This document shows positions 1 through 13,349 of a stretch of 64,000 bases of DNA, piece after piece. The notes under the pieces are model-generated. The model saw only the letters and a program-made list of their open reading frames with translations. It was not told where the DNA came from and searched no databases. The stretch's first letter is position 1. Each line of letters opens with the position of its first letter. The DNA is from Felis catus. Its lineage: Eukaryota. The stretch is taken from assembly GCF_018350175.1 (NCBI RefSeq), contig NC_058368.1:66094001-66158000 (forward strand). Direction: 5' to 3'. Made by a program: the position numbers and the translations under genes.

Positions 1-433
1 GTTTAGGAATCATTTGAGTTGAGAAATTTCTATTTAAATTAGCAAATATTGCTGGATGCATACCGATGTCGTAATTATATATACTCATTATAATAAAGAA
101 AACGGTTTTGCAGTTTAATCAGTGTTACTTGAAAGCCTCTTTAAATTATTGTGGCAGATGTCATTAAAATAGAAACCTTACACTTGTATGGGACATTTTG
201 TTTACCGATGTTTCTTCATTGACTTGTCAGGTCCATAAAATAACAGACCTTCTGAGTTTTCATGTTTGGCCCGATCACAGCATCTGACTCCAAATGCACG
301 ACTGATAGATAATCTCCAAATTTAGTTAAAGCATTTTTGAAAATAAATACTTATTTCACAGATCTATTTCAAACACAAAAGGAAGTAACACTGTTGAGAA
401 AATGTCAAGCTTTATGTCTGGGAAAGTGGGCAA

Positions 434-530
434 TTTTTGCTTTGTGTTTTTGTTTTTGTTTTTTTGGGTTATTTTCTGTTCTGTTTTGTTTTTTGGATTT
501 GTTGTTGTTATTGTTGTTATTGCTGTTGTT
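434..530. repeat. T-rich low-complexity tract, (TTTTTG)n grading into (TTG)n
   Basis: Read directly; explains the F/L/V-rich ORFs 337..564 and 402..587. Confidence 0.8.
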
Positions 531-954
531 AGACTTCTCTGCAGGAAGGAAAGAAAGACACTAGAGCTGGGGAAAAACAGAGACTAGTAATGAGTGAAGA
601 CAGAAAAGGTGAGGAGCCTTTGCATACCTTCAGGCATAAGAATATGCAAAGGACTTGTGAGCAGAAAACACATAGTATTGAGTGCAAAAATAAAAGGTTA
701 TAAATATGTTTGCAGTCTTGGGAAGAGTAAGAATGAAATGGTGGTGTCAAAAATAGCAGTTGATTAAGAAATGGCATTGATTTTTCCATAGAACTAGAGG
801 CACAGAAATTAGAAGCCAGGATAAATGAAGTTAGCGTTAGGTGACACTGGAAAAGCCTGACTTGCAAGTAAAAAGGAAGAAAGGAAATAAGTTTAGGATG
901 AGCAATGCCTTTTGCTTCCTCTCAAGGGAATATTAACCCATGAGCTTCCAAATT

Positions 955-1150
955 AATCATTAATTTATTAAAGCTTCTTTAGCCATTTCCTCTATGCCGG
1001 GCACTGGGCTAGGTGCTATGGGACCAAAAAAAAAGGAAAGAAACAGAAATCTCAGCATCGGGGACCTCAGAGCTTTGTAGGCAGCTGGATAAAGAGTGCC
1101 AACCAAGGCGTCCCCCAGGAGGGTGTCTGAGTCTGAGCAGGTTGTAAGGC
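955..1150 (-). mobile_element. L2 LINE 3' end relic
   Basis: ctatgccgggcactgggctaggtgct resembles the antisense L2 3' terminus (ctatgtgccaggcactgtgctaggcgct). Confidence 0.6.
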
Positions 1151-1609
1151 TGCCTGATGACAACAGGGAGAAGGTAGTGAGTGTGTCTTTAAAAATCCTT
1201 CCGACTTGTCCCCTGCTGCTCTCACCTTCCAACCCTGGGCCCCACTGCCCTTACATTGCTTCTTGCTCTGTGTTCATCTAGATCTACTTCCGGGGATGTT
1301 TCCCCCAGGTCTTGTGTTCTCTGCCTCCCTCTGGCCATGACATCATATGCACGTATGTACGTATGTACGTCCATACGTAAATGGAATGTGATGGAATGTG
1401 TCAGTACCATGGTCTTCCCCAGCTGACCCTAATAGAGTGTGTTCCACATTGTAGATTGGTGAATTCATAATTTTGAACAATCATTTACTGATTTAAGACT
1501 GTCTTGTGCCGATAGAGGAAATCAAAGATACCCTGTGATGATAACACACAATTTGCATATAACACCTAGGTTCTGGCTGAGCGGACAAGGCTGTGAGATC
1601 CACTTAGCT

Positions 1610-2250
1610 CTTTCCAACACACAGGCATCTTCACGACTGCTCAAAGAATCCAGGCGCATTCTCACCTAGGGCCCTTGCACCTGCTGTTCCATCTCCCTGT
1701 ATTGCTCTTCCCACAGATTTCCAAACAGTACCTTACCCCCATCTATTGAGGTTTTCACTCAAAGCACACCTTCTCAGTGAGGCTTTCTCTTGTTATTGGT
1801 TTAAAACTTTAATCTTCCAGGGCCATTGGGTGGCTCAGTCAGTTGAGTATCCTACTTTTGATTTTTAGCTCAGGTCATGATCTCACGGCTCATGGGATCG
1901 AGCCCCACGTCGGGCTCTGCACTAACAGAGCTGAGCTTGCTTGGGATTCTTTCTCTCCCTCTATCTCTCTGTCCTTCCCCTACTCTCTCTCTCCCAAATA
2001 AATAAACATTAAATAAAAGTTAAACAAAATTAAAAATTAACAAAAATAAAATCTTAACCTTTCTCGCCGCCAACCCTTCACATTCTGCTTCTCTTCTTAA
2101 TTTATCAGTGTATTTTACTGATCTTTTTGGGTATTTTGGGTCTATTTCACCAATAAAAGCACTCTGTTTTGTTTTGCTCTATTCCCCAGTTTCATTCCCA
2201 CCAACAATTCCTAGTATTCATTAGGTGCTAAATAGTTGTTAAATAAACTG
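1610..2250 (+). mobile_element. L2 LINE 3' region interrupted by a Can-SINE
   Basis: gggcccttgcacctgctgttcc and ctcaaagcacaccttctcagtgaggctttc, ending taggtgctaaatagttgttaaataaa. Confidence 0.65.
1820..2047 (+). mobile_element. Can-SINE (older subfamily)
   Basis: Head gggtggctcagtcagttgag, caggtcatgatctc, CT-rich tract, A-rich tail; degenerate TSD aaaactttaatcttcc / aaaatcttaacctttc. Confidence 0.93.
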
Positions 2251-3789
2251 TGAATAACAGCGTGCTGTTAGCTTCTGCTTTCTCCTCCATAGTGTGGATT
2301 TAATAACACTTGACCTGTCTGCATCACAAATTACTACTGATAATCAGATAAAATTATAGATGCCTGTATGAAAACTCTATAGTGCTTTTCCATGCTATTA
2401 TGATTAATAGTAGCAGCCGCATCATTATCTTCAACATTATTATAACTTTGTAATCTCCCTGATGTCCTATGACATTTTTGGCTGTTCCTAGCTGACATAG
2501 CATGCTGTTTTAGAATAGACCTCTATCACATTATGAGATTGTCAGCAGCAAAAGCTAAACGGTGAAGGAGAGGAGGGAATGTGCACCAACTAGCAGTCCC
2601 TGAGAGACCCAGACTTCTGGGTCACCTTCTAGAACCAAGGCTGAGCCCCCAGAATGGCTTTCCAAAAGCAGCATGATTATTCTACTCTGCCCATCTACTC
2701 AGGGAGACGGGCCAGGAGGAACCAGCACGAGTCAGTTTGCAACCAACACCACAAACGGCATCCATAACCTAGCTAGTCGTTTTGTAAATACATCCTACTG
2801 GGCACACGCTGGCCCTAGTAAATCTAATGTCCCTACCAGATAATCCAACTCCAGGCACTGTCTTCATTGACTGAGGGTGAGAAATATTTATTTCATTCCC
2901 ATATATAAGTTCAGACCCAAACAGGTGGCATATTGGCTATCTAAAGTTAGCCCTGCTTTCTCAAGGACTTAGAACTTCGTCACGGAATATTACTGGATTG
3001 ATCACTCTGCCTCAATAATTAGGTCTTAATAAGCTGTTTACCCTTGATAAATAGGATTGTTGAAACCACCGTGCTTATTGTGGACTAATGAGGTTGAGGT
3101 GTCCAGTTTTCTAAGACGATCTTAGCACAACACAATTCTTTAAACGTATCCATTATCTGCCACTTAAAAACCCACCACAGTCACATCTTATTATAAACAG
3201 CATATCTTGCAAACCCACTTTCTAAAGCTTAAGGCATTACAACAACTCAGTAGGTCATTTTGCATTTTGTGCTATATATTTTATTTCAAAATTCACTTAT
3301 CTGCATGTATCCGTGCACATCTAGGCATAGCCTGTTGTTGTTTTTTGCATTTTCTCTATGGCAATCACTGAGCTTGGCTTATTTTCCCCAAGATGAAGAG
3401 CACTTTACAAAAATAAATGTTTTCTGACAAATTCCATATTGCTAGATACATTCAAACGTGTGTTTAAAGTATAATAGGCATACTTAAAGGAAAATATAAG
3501 AGGTTAATCTTAAAAGAATGCTTAACAATTATATGACATAAAGGTCTCTTATTTACAAGGTATAACTTTTTCTAAGATAACAATCTTTCAGATTCCATGC
3601 CATATTCAACATAGGTTCAAGGAGATTTTGGCCTCATCCTTGAGTGTTGCTGCATAAAATTGGGGCTAAAAGTAGTATAAGCTATGGAAAGAACTTCCGA
3701 TAAATTCTAGACCTTTTTAAGTTTATTATTTCTCATTGAAGATCTCATAAACACCATCAATCATGTAAAAGGTTTTTTGATTCAACATT

Positions 3790-3994
3790 TTTTTTATTGT
3801 TTATTTATTTTTGAGAAAGAGACAGAGCATGAGCAAGGGAGGGGCAGAGAGAGAGGAAGACACAGAATCTGAAGCAGGCTCCGGGCTCTGAGCTGTGAGC
3901 ACAGTGCCTGACGCGGGGCTCGAACTCACAGACTGCGAGATCATGACCTGAGCCAAAGTCGGACGCTTAACCGATGGAGCCACCCAGGTGCCCC
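3790..3994 (-). mobile_element. Can-SINE (feliform type)
   Basis: Full antisense body ending cacccaggtgcccc; TSD tgattcaacatt (3778) / tgattcaacgtt (3995). Confidence 0.96.
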
Positions 3995-4004
3995 TGATTC
4001 AACG

Positions 4005-4390
4005 TTATTTAATAAATATCTAGTGTGCCCACTAGCTGGAGTTCTACCGGGTAAAGTGGTGGGAATAAAAACATTAATTGGACATTGTCTCTGTACACCA
4101 AGCTGCAGTCTAGACAGAGACTCACATAAATAGTTAACTACAGCATCTTGTTAATCTTGCTAAAATCTGGTTACATATGTTGAAAATGCCAGGGAGAAAC
4201 AGATGAGAGTGATTAACGTTACCTAGATGAGGGCAAAAAAAAAGGCTTATCATAGGAGGAGGTATTTGGACTGGGTCTTAAAATATGAAAGGAAATTGAC
4301 CAGACATTCAGGCCAGGTCATATATTACAAACAGAAGACACAGTAAGAGCAAAGAAATGGTGTGATAAAGGTGCATGGCTTATCAAAAGA
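4005..4390 (-). mobile_element. L2 LINE relic
   Basis: ttatttaataaatatctagtgtgcccacta and ggaggtatttggactgggtcttaaaatatga, typical of degraded antisense L2. Confidence 0.55.
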
Positions 4391-6315
4391 ATGGTTAGAC
4401 TATGAACTATCTCATGTGCTGTACTGTGGAGTTGATGTATTCATGCCACGGAGATTCCAATTTATGCTACAGGACTGGGAAATGATTACTTGCACTCAAA
4501 ATATTGATATTTTTGGCACCAATCCAGTGCCTTTCTTTTAAAACTTCTCTAACAGTTTCAGCTCCCCTAAACTCTCAATTGCTGTATCCCTCAGTGTCTG
4601 CTCCATAGTTCAACACAAAGTGCACACCGATTTGTATAGGCTGTTTCTTTCTCATTTATGTCATTCTTTGCCCCTATCAACCTCTTCCACACCTGAGTTT
4701 AAGCTTCCTGGAGGCCTGTCTAAGCCAAGCAACTAATTATGTGGGTCTTTATCACCTCTCCAAAGCTGAGGTTAGATGCCCCCTTGTTAAGGGCTCTCCA
4801 CTAGAGCTGTGTCCCCAGCAGTCTCTGGTTCTTTGGGCTCTCAGGGGATCCTTAAGGAAAGCTGGAGAGTGGACACTCTCCCTCCTGCACCATCTTTTCT
4901 TCACCTTCACCGCCGTGGGGCTGCTGTTCACAGGGCTCAACTCTCCCTCAGGTGGCGTCTTCCACATACAGTCACCTTAAGCAGCCACCTTAAGCAGCCA
5001 ACACATCATCTCCCATTTTCTCAGTGCTCGGTGTCTACCAATTAAGCACGTCAAAAAGGTTTGAAGGGCACTTAAAATCAGCGACTTCATTTTTGAAGAG
5101 AATGGCTGTCGTGGATAGTTGACAGAATTCCTGCATGTTAATCACAGAAGCATTGGAAATCACGCGGAAGCTAATTGTTTTTACCACTCCGTGTAGTTAA
5201 ATTCTGGAACTGTTTTCGGGGGTCACGCGGTTAGTGTTTTTCAACACTGCTTCCTGAATCGGGATTCCAGAAGATCACTCCAGATTAGAAAGTGAGCCCT
5301 ACTTCTGAAATGTACTAGGGACTATAGTGGTCACATTCTTCATAGAACAGTATGCTTTTGGGTTGTTGAAAACTCAAAGATAATAATTGTTTAAATGATG
5401 TTTTAAATTTTCTACTGCACCCTTTTGGGTGTTACCCAATAAACTCACAAGAGACTCTGACTCTAAGAAAGAAATAGAAGCTTTTAGGGAACCAGGATCA
5501 TGTGTAAATCTGTCCACCTGTCTCATTAGCTCAAGACAGTCCCTGCTGTCCCAGAACAATTATAAATAGACCCACTTTTGCTTGCAAAAGTCTTCCAGTT
5601 TGGACAATAAATGATACGCTCATTCTGTCTGTATTTGACTCCTGGGCTGTAAGAGCCCATTCACTGTGTATTTGATACTTGAGGGAACATTGAGACACCC
5701 TTTTATTATAAAGACCAAGAGGAAAGGAAAACAAAGTCGCTTTCTAGGTGTTAAACTAATAAATCAACACAAACTAGTTGCTTATTTCAGAGGCTCACAT
5801 ATGTGCATTTAGAACAACTGCCTAGCTTAATCACGTATTTTAATACATCTATCAAAAAGAAGTATTAGCAGAAGTAAATGGTTAAGTTTTTTTTTAAAAA
5901 AGGTTCAGAAAAACCAATGTGGTCAGAGTATGCCTGGGTGAAAAAGATGCTAAATTAGAGGCACATGCACATCCTGCTAATAATAGAAAGGATGAACAGT
6001 CCTATAAGTCTTCTTCCTTAGTTTCTTCGAATTCTTTGCTCACCAGATGACATTCTGAGTCCTGATATCAGTTGTTTCAGTCTGATGATCAAAAGATGGG
6101 GAGAATTGCAACAAAGAAGCTGAGCCTTACTAGCTCTGCAGAGGAACACCTCTACTGTCACTCTTATTTTTAAAATTGCCACTTTAGTTTATACATCAGC
6201 CCATGTGGTGGAGGTTGGGACCAGTCTCAGTGAGGGTGACCAGTTACCACTGAGCCCAGCTTTGTGCCAGCACACCTGACTGGTGAACCTGAACCATTGG
6301 CAAGCCCATTTAAGT

Positions 6316-6488
6316 CAGTGGATCTCAAGCTTTGGGGAGCTCTGAAATCAGCTGGAGGACTCATTAAGATACAGAGCCCAGAGTTCCACCCCCAGTTCTT
6401 CTAATTCAGGTTGTCTGGCGTGGGGAATGTACAATTCTAATAAGCCCCCACACACTCCTGATGCTGGGCCATACTTTGATAACCACTC
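6316..6488. mobile_element. MER5A-like hAT-Charlie MITE
   Basis: Inverted termini cagtggatctcaa ... ttgataaccact; internal aatcagctggagg and cacccccagttcttctaattcag. Confidence 0.8.
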
Positions 6489-6888
6489 ATCCAAATAATC
6501 CCACCTTTTGATACCTCTTGGCAGCTAGCTGATGGCCTCCCCAGAGCCTTGGTCTACCTTTCCTTCTATTTGGAACCCCAGTCATCAGCTTACCTGACTT
6601 CAAACCTGTCTTACAGAAAAAACAGTTCAAAATAGTGCGTCTAATCCATGCACATGGCTTACAAAGCCAATTGCGTCATCATTTGCCTGTACTTTGTAAG
6701 AATACACTAACCATGTGGGTAAGGAGACCTGTGGGAAATTCACAGAATTTCTTATATTCATTTCTTAATGTAAACCACAGGGGAATGGTTTTGACTTTAA
6801 AGCAAACCCTTCTTGTACACTCTATTTTAGAGGGCTGTGAGGTGATCTGGAGGGCTGTTTGGAGGTCTTTTACTCTCCAAATACACTC

Positions 6889-6890
<2 letters not shown>

Positions 6891-6930
<40 letters not shown>
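6891..6930. repeat. (AC)20 microsatellite
   Basis: Read directly. Confidence 0.98.
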
Positions 6931-6932
<2 letters not shown>

Positions 6933-7497
6933 ACGTAAATATGCACACATACACAGCCTACAAAATTCACATTCCAAAAGCACAAAAAATGATCAGAAAA
7001 TGAAAATCACCATGTATCTCAAAAGGTTTGTATAACTCAAGGCATAGGCCAGCTCTGTGTTTCTCGCAGTTTGGATACCGTCGTCTGACATGGGCAGGAA
7101 GTAGCCAGCCTTCCTACTGCTCACTCCTGCCTGGGTGCCTGGGAAAGTGGCCTCTGAGTCGAGACAGTGAGGGAGTGGAGAATCAGCCCTAATGAAATCA
7201 CGAGGGTCTGTTTCAGGAAGAGTCGTTCCAACTCACGTATAGAATCCTTGAATTAAAAACTGGATGAAGCAGTTAGGTACTTTAAATGTATTAGTTACAA
7301 TTCTATGTGAGCAGAAGTATCAAGAGTGATATTGCCATCTCCAGTCACTAGCAAAGAAAGGAGAACAAACAAAGGAGACAATCATCAAGAGTAGAACTGG
7401 CCCCAAGTCCTGCTCATCTAATCCAAGTGATTAGAGCAAATCACTCTGAAAATGTCCAGAGTTGCCTGGGTGGCTCAGTCAGTTGAGCATCTGATTC

Positions 7498-7526
7498 TTT
7501 TTTTTTCTAATTTGTTTTATTCTAGA

Positions 7527-7578
<52 letters not shown>

Positions 7579-7607
7579 AGGAGAGAGGGGCAGAGAGAGA
7601 GAGAATC
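7498..7607 (-). mobile_element. Can-SINE 3' fragment (tail and CT tract)
   Basis: Poly-T, long (GA)n, then ggggcagagagagagagaatc. Confidence 0.8.
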
Positions 7608-7794
7608 TTTTCTTTTTTAAGTTTGCTTATTTATTTTGAGAGAGAGTACAAGCAGGGAAGAGAATTTCAAGCAGGCTCCACACTGCCAGCGCGAAGCCCA
7701 AATCAGGGCTGCAACTCCAGAAACAGACTGTGTGATCATGACCTGGGCCGAAATCAAGAGTGGGACGCTCACCAACTGAGCCACCCAGACACCC
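7608..7794 (-). mobile_element. Can-SINE nested in the previous elements
   Basis: tttaagtttgcttatttattttgagaga through gatcatgacctgggccgaaatcaagag to gagccacccagacaccc. Confidence 0.92.
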
Positions 7795-8221
7795 ATCCAT
7801 GCTGAACATGGAGCCTGCTTAAGGTTCTCTCTCTCCCCCTCTGTCCCTTTCCCCCATTCACACACTCTCTCTCTCAAATAAAAAGAAAAATTAATAAATA
7901 AATTAACTAAAATGTCCAAAAATTTTTTAAATTTAAATTTAAACCCAGTAAAATGCAGTTTGACATTTTACTTAACTTTTAGGTCTTCTGACCTAATCTT
8001 GACCTAAAGCTTTTTGGACTATTTGAAAATAACAATTTATGGCCTGAAGATAGACTTATCATTTAACTATTATATTCTGTTATATTCTACAAGTAAAGCA
8101 AATTAACATGTATACATTAGCAAAGAACAATTGTCACTTGGATTCTCAGCTGAAATTGTTATTGTATTCAAATACATTTTTTAAAACCTGGAATTTGACT
8201 GGTTCTCCAATATACCTAGCC

Positions 8222-8392
8222 CAGTAGGTTTAATGGTTTCAAATCATTGTTCCCTTTGAGAAGTCTTTGAAAGCCAGACACCCTCTCCCTAGAAAAATAA
8301 ATGTGGCCACACAGACAGAGAAGGTTGAAGATGCATCAGAGTGTCCTTTGATGCCCTAAAACCCACTGATGAGTCCCCAGTTGAGGGTCCCA
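8222..8392. mobile_element. Ancient hAT-Charlie MER (MER103/MER112-like, family uncertain)
   Basis: ccctttgagaagtctttgaaagccagacaccctctccctagaaaaat resembles a remembered Charlie-MITE consensus. Confidence 0.5.
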
Positions 8393-9259
8393 CCTAGGAT
8401 TACAAGGAGGCTGAACTTGAATTTAGATGTCCTGTTTTGACTCCTTTCTCATCACAGCACCAGCACCAACCAGGTATCTGACCCAGCCAACACATACCTC
8501 CTCATCAGTTACATGGAGGAGCTGGTCCAGAGGACTGTTTTGGTCCCTCAAGTTCAAATATGTGATCATCAGCTATCTGTGATGAATCTGAAAGGCTGGT
8601 TCTTTTCTTTTTATTTGTTTCTTCTTTCCCACAGCTGTTTCTGGAGTTTTGGACCCATATCCCTTTGACTCTCCCTAACCCCTTTCTTTCATTAATTTCG
8701 AGAAGTTCTTCTTTCTATCATTCCCTCCACCGCTTTCTTCTGTCTATGTAAGACCTAACTTGTGATATAGAGCATTTTAAAGGAAGAAAGGACAACCCAC
8801 CTCCCCAGAGGCTGCACTGGACCTGATGTAGGTCAGGTTGGTTGGGGACTTTCTTGCCTCAAACTTCAATAAAAGAAGATGGGTGGAGAGCTAACTGCAT
8901 TGAACAGAAGTTAGTTTATGTTAACTGAAGAGTCTACAGACCACGTCACTTATATTCTATGAAGCTTTCCTATTACACTAGGATTTTTAAAATACATATT
9001 TTAATGTTTCTTCTTAAGGAACAATTAAAAAAGGATTTTGATAGAGAAAGCTAATCATACAGTAGAAAAGATAAAAGAAACAGTGGCAAAGCAGTGACAG
9101 GGACATATTGGGACACTGAGGGGGTGGGGGAGAGTGCACCTTAGAGTAGCCTTATCCTTAACAGTACTTTTCAAGAATGTTCTAAAGCCTCTTCAAAAGC
9201 ATGAAGCTATTTACTTCCTTCGTGGGCCCCTGCATTTTGCTGATGCTTCTGCTATTAAT

Positions 9260-9301
9260 ATTTATTTATTTATTTATGTGTTTGTTCATTTATTTATTTA
9301 T

Positions 9302-9341
<40 letters not shown>

Positions 9342-9491
9342 GAAGGGGCAGAGAGAGAGGGAGAGAGAGAATTCCAAGAATTCTGACAGCACAGAGCCTG
9401 ACACAGGGCTCGAACCCACAAACCATGAGATCATGACCTGAGCCGAAATCAAGAGTTGGATGCTCAACAGACTGAGTCACCCAGGCTCCCC
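9260..9491 (-). mobile_element. Can-SINE
   Basis: (TTTA)n tail, (GA)n, head ending gagtcacccaggctcccc; short TSD tctgct. Confidence 0.95.
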
Positions 9492-11619
9492 TCTGCTTTA
9501 AATCTTAGTACACTGTTTGCAGCTATTAGTTTTTCCTTCTTTCTCTACCAAGGAAGGGTGAATTCCTCCAGACTTTCCACATTCCCCTTTTAATTCCAAG
9601 AATGTGTACTTAAGAGATGCTCTAATATTACCGGTAATATTTACTATAATATCCCTATAATTATTACTGGTCAAGTCATAAAAGGAAAGGAGAAATAGCT
9701 CAATAAACTTTTCTCCAGTGATCCTTTGTCTGCTGTATTCACTGACAAATAACAAAAGCCTAGAACAGTGCTTGGCACGTGGTAGTCTGTTTTCAAGTAG
9801 ATTAGTAATAAATATAGTAATTCATATATATTTGAATGAATATACATAATAGAGAACATTTGGAAAGGTACTCAAAGACTAATAAAAATGAATATATAAT
9901 TAAGAAAGTTTGTGACCAAATTCAGTGCACATGGAGAATATCACATTGAAAACATGTTAATGAGTAATTATGATCCATTACAGACTAGGCCCTGAAAAGT
10001 GATAGCTTGTGCCTTCTGAGTAAATCTCTGAGGATTCTTGCAAAAAGCCAAGGGAGCTAGATGATGAAGTCAGTGTCTGAGAATCTGGAAGAAGCATATC
10101 AAATTTTAACAGTATAATCTAGTTAAGATAAACAAATCTCCTATAGTTATTATAATTATTCTCATGAGTAGTAGATGTATATTTAATTACTGAGAAATTC
10201 ACTAGAGGTACTAATGATCAATATTGGAAAAACCATTAGTCCAATGATAATTTCTCCCATAACACTTAAATCCAATCTGTGTGGTCATGTAGTTAAAACA
10301 TAACAAATGTCTTCTAAGTCAGCACTTCTTCGCACTTTCATCCAAAGCCATTATTCTTGATGAGACAGAACAATCAAAAGCAGAATGGCCATTGCCTGTT
10401 CTGTATGCCATTAGCATTACCTGAAATTTCAGTAATGGGAAAAAGATGCTTATAGTCCTCATCAACTTACTATGTTGCAATCTTCTGTCATGACCACTCA
10501 TATTTACATCTATAGGGATGAAACAAAGCTATCAGATTGACATGTAAGAGTTTGTTTTTTTTAAATCCATTCCCTTTTGCACCTGATATATTCAAACTTT
10601 TTGTTTGCAATTTGAAAATTAAACTCTATATGATGTATTTAATAGAGCTTAGAAGTTGGTTATGTTTGAATTCAAATCATTATCATTACTGTTAATAAAA
10701 TAATCAAAGAAAAGAATGTCCTATTTGGGAACTATGGGTCAAATGTCAGCCTGTTGTTGCTTATAGGAATTATTTGGTATACAGATTTTAAAAACATTCT
10801 TCCAAAATATTCTGTTCATGGATGAAAACATTCAGAATATTGAAACTTCTAATTTTATCTGAGGACTATTATCCAATGCCCATTGAGACTATTACTATAA
10901 CATCTAAATATTTGGCATTCTCAGTGTTTGCTGTTGCAATGCTAAGTAGGATTACATTTTCCTGTGTCATTGGTTCATTTAAAATGGTAAGTAGCAGAAA
11001 TGAAAGAATTGCCAGGAAGTAAAAGAGAGAAAGTATCTTCCAGAAAGGACACATCTATACTAGAAACTATCATGGGGAAGTATGTGCCACAATTCTACTA
11101 CTGTTTCACACGTGTAGTTTACTTGAAGGTTTTCTAATAAGTGTTTGAATGTGTGACTTTCAAAAGAAGCAGACTTACTGGATGAAAGAGAGTTGACAGA
11201 AACCAAGTGTTTCTAAGAGAGCACATGGTCTTAATCAAGAAAGGACCAGCAGAAATTAAACAGGACAGCTGATAAAAGACAGAAGATCATTCAGCTATAT
11301 AGATTTAAAAAGAAAACATGCTATATTCAAACCTGCTATAAATTTATCTTGAGAATATATTTATTTTATAACTGCACTCAGTATCTGAAACATACTCTCA
11401 GTGATTCTGCTCATTACTCCCAAACCTCTGTAAGTGGAACTTAATTAATATCATAAGCAACTTAGAAAAAAGAGTTCATAAGAGTCCAGCTGTTCCTTAA
11501 ATGGCAGAAAACAAATGTAGAAAATTATTACAGAAAACATTTGCCTTTGAGGGAATTAAGAACCTAACACTGAAGACTTCCCCCAACTCAAACAACTTAT
11601 TTTAGAAAATCAGCAATTG

Positions 11620-11802
11620 TATTCAATTTATATTTATATTTTATACATATATTTATAGTATTCAATTATATTGAATATATATAATATATACATATATAAT
11701 ATATACAAACTTATATGTTATATACATATTATAATATATATAAACTTATATGTTATATATATATTATAATATATATACATATATATATGTGTGTGTGTGT
11801 GC
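11620..11802. repeat. AT-rich compound repeat with a 35-bp tandem duplication (11707-11776) and terminal (TG)n
   Basis: aaacttatatgttatata(c/t)atattataatatatat twice, 1 mismatch. Confidence 0.9.
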
Positions 11803-13110
11803 GTATTTGATTTTACTTGATTTTATAAGCTTAATCCTGGAATATTGGAACATAAATACTTAAGGTAGGGAGATCAAGATGATTCCTGGCCTCTAATTTG
11901 CCCATCTGGCAATGGAGAGAACTAGTCCAGTGGAAATGGTCACTTAACTTTTAATTGCTTATGTACTAGGTAAGGATCATTCATTCATTCATTCATTCAT
12001 TCTACAGATATACATTAATGTTCTTGAACTGAACCAAGCTAGTTTGGCTGCTCTGTGATTGTCAGGTTCTTTGGTAGCTACCAAAAGCTAAAAGTTGTGG
12101 AGGTTCATTAGACCTTTCCCATACCCTAGCCCCTTGGTGGTTACGGTCAAAGCCAGCAGCAGACCAGCTTCTGACCAACTGCACTTATTAGCAGACAGGA
12201 ATACATACATCACACAGCCTGTCCTTATAAGCCAGGGGTAGTCCTTCTTTCTGTTCTCAGGAGATTCCAGCAGTTTCTTGCATGACTGGCTCACTTCAAG
12301 TATACAGAGCACAATTTTGACTGCAGGATTATCCAGCCCTCCGTGGGGTCAGGCAACAGAGGCGCTCATGAAGTGGCAACTGTGGATTCTGCAGATGAGC
12401 AGACATGCAGTGGAAAGAAGTGAGGCTCTAGGACCTGGTCTCTTCGGACAGTTGTGTTCATCCAGGCTGCTGGTGGCTCACCAGCAGCATATTCTGAATA
12501 CTCATTTCACCAGCAACAAAATTACTTAGAAAACCCATCTATGCTACTGAACCAACTCTCTGGTGTGGATTTCAGTAATGATGTTTGATGTACGGAAGAA
12601 ACTACCTCTGGATGTTGGTTCCCAATGAGGGTACTTCAAATACTAACTACTGTCTCTAGTTTGTAGATAAAAGATGAAAATTAATGTGTACATATACACT
12701 GCACCGTTTTTTAATTAAAGTACTAGATAAATATTAGACTCCGCCTAGATGGCAGGGACAGCACTGGGTCCTGTCTGTACATGATGAGCGAAACAAGAAA
12801 GTAAACACTCAAGTTAATATAAAATTGAATTTTTATAAGACTAATTAGGATGGCTGATGATCTCTGAGGCACTGAAGGGGGATGATCGTTGACGTAAAGG
12901 AACAAGAATTGATGAAGGCCAAGTAGCCACTTTCATTGGCTAGTGAGTTTCCTTCTTATGTTTCTCTTACTTTGGATGTTTGGGACAGGAGGTGGGCAGG
13001 TGATACCACACATCAAGCTCTTGTGGATCTGGATAAATTATAATAAGTGCAGACAAGTCCCAAAATGTGTGCTACTCAGAACTTTCCTCAACATTCCTTT
13101 GATCATGCTC

Positions 13111-13304
13111 TTTCTTTTTTGAAAAAAGTGTGTATTTTTGAGAGAAGCTGCAAGCAGGAAAAGGGCAGAGACAAGGGAAGCAGAGGTTCCAAAACGTGCT
13201 GTGTGCTGACGGCGGCAAGACTGATGTGAGGTTCAAACTCACAAACCACGAGATCATGACCTGAGCCGAAATTGGATGCTTAACCAACTGAGGTGTGTGC
13301 CCCC
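13111..13304 (-). mobile_element. Can-SINE
   Basis: Antisense body with agatcatgacctgagccgaa; TSD gatcatgct at 13101 and 13305. Confidence 0.93.
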
Positions 13305-13349
13305 GATCATGCTTTGTCTATCTAAAGTGTCTTTAGAACTTTGACCTTT

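Larger units (their letters stand above)
7459..7908 (+). mobile_element. Can-SINE, interrupted by antisense SINE sequence and missing its middle
   Basis: Head 7459-7497, 3' half 7797-7908, TSD aaaatgtcca at 7449 and 7909. Confidence 0.88.

Noticed and set aside
12261..12529. Exon after acceptor ttctttctgttctcag
   Set aside because: One frame is open, but there is no convincing donor and no recognisable peptide
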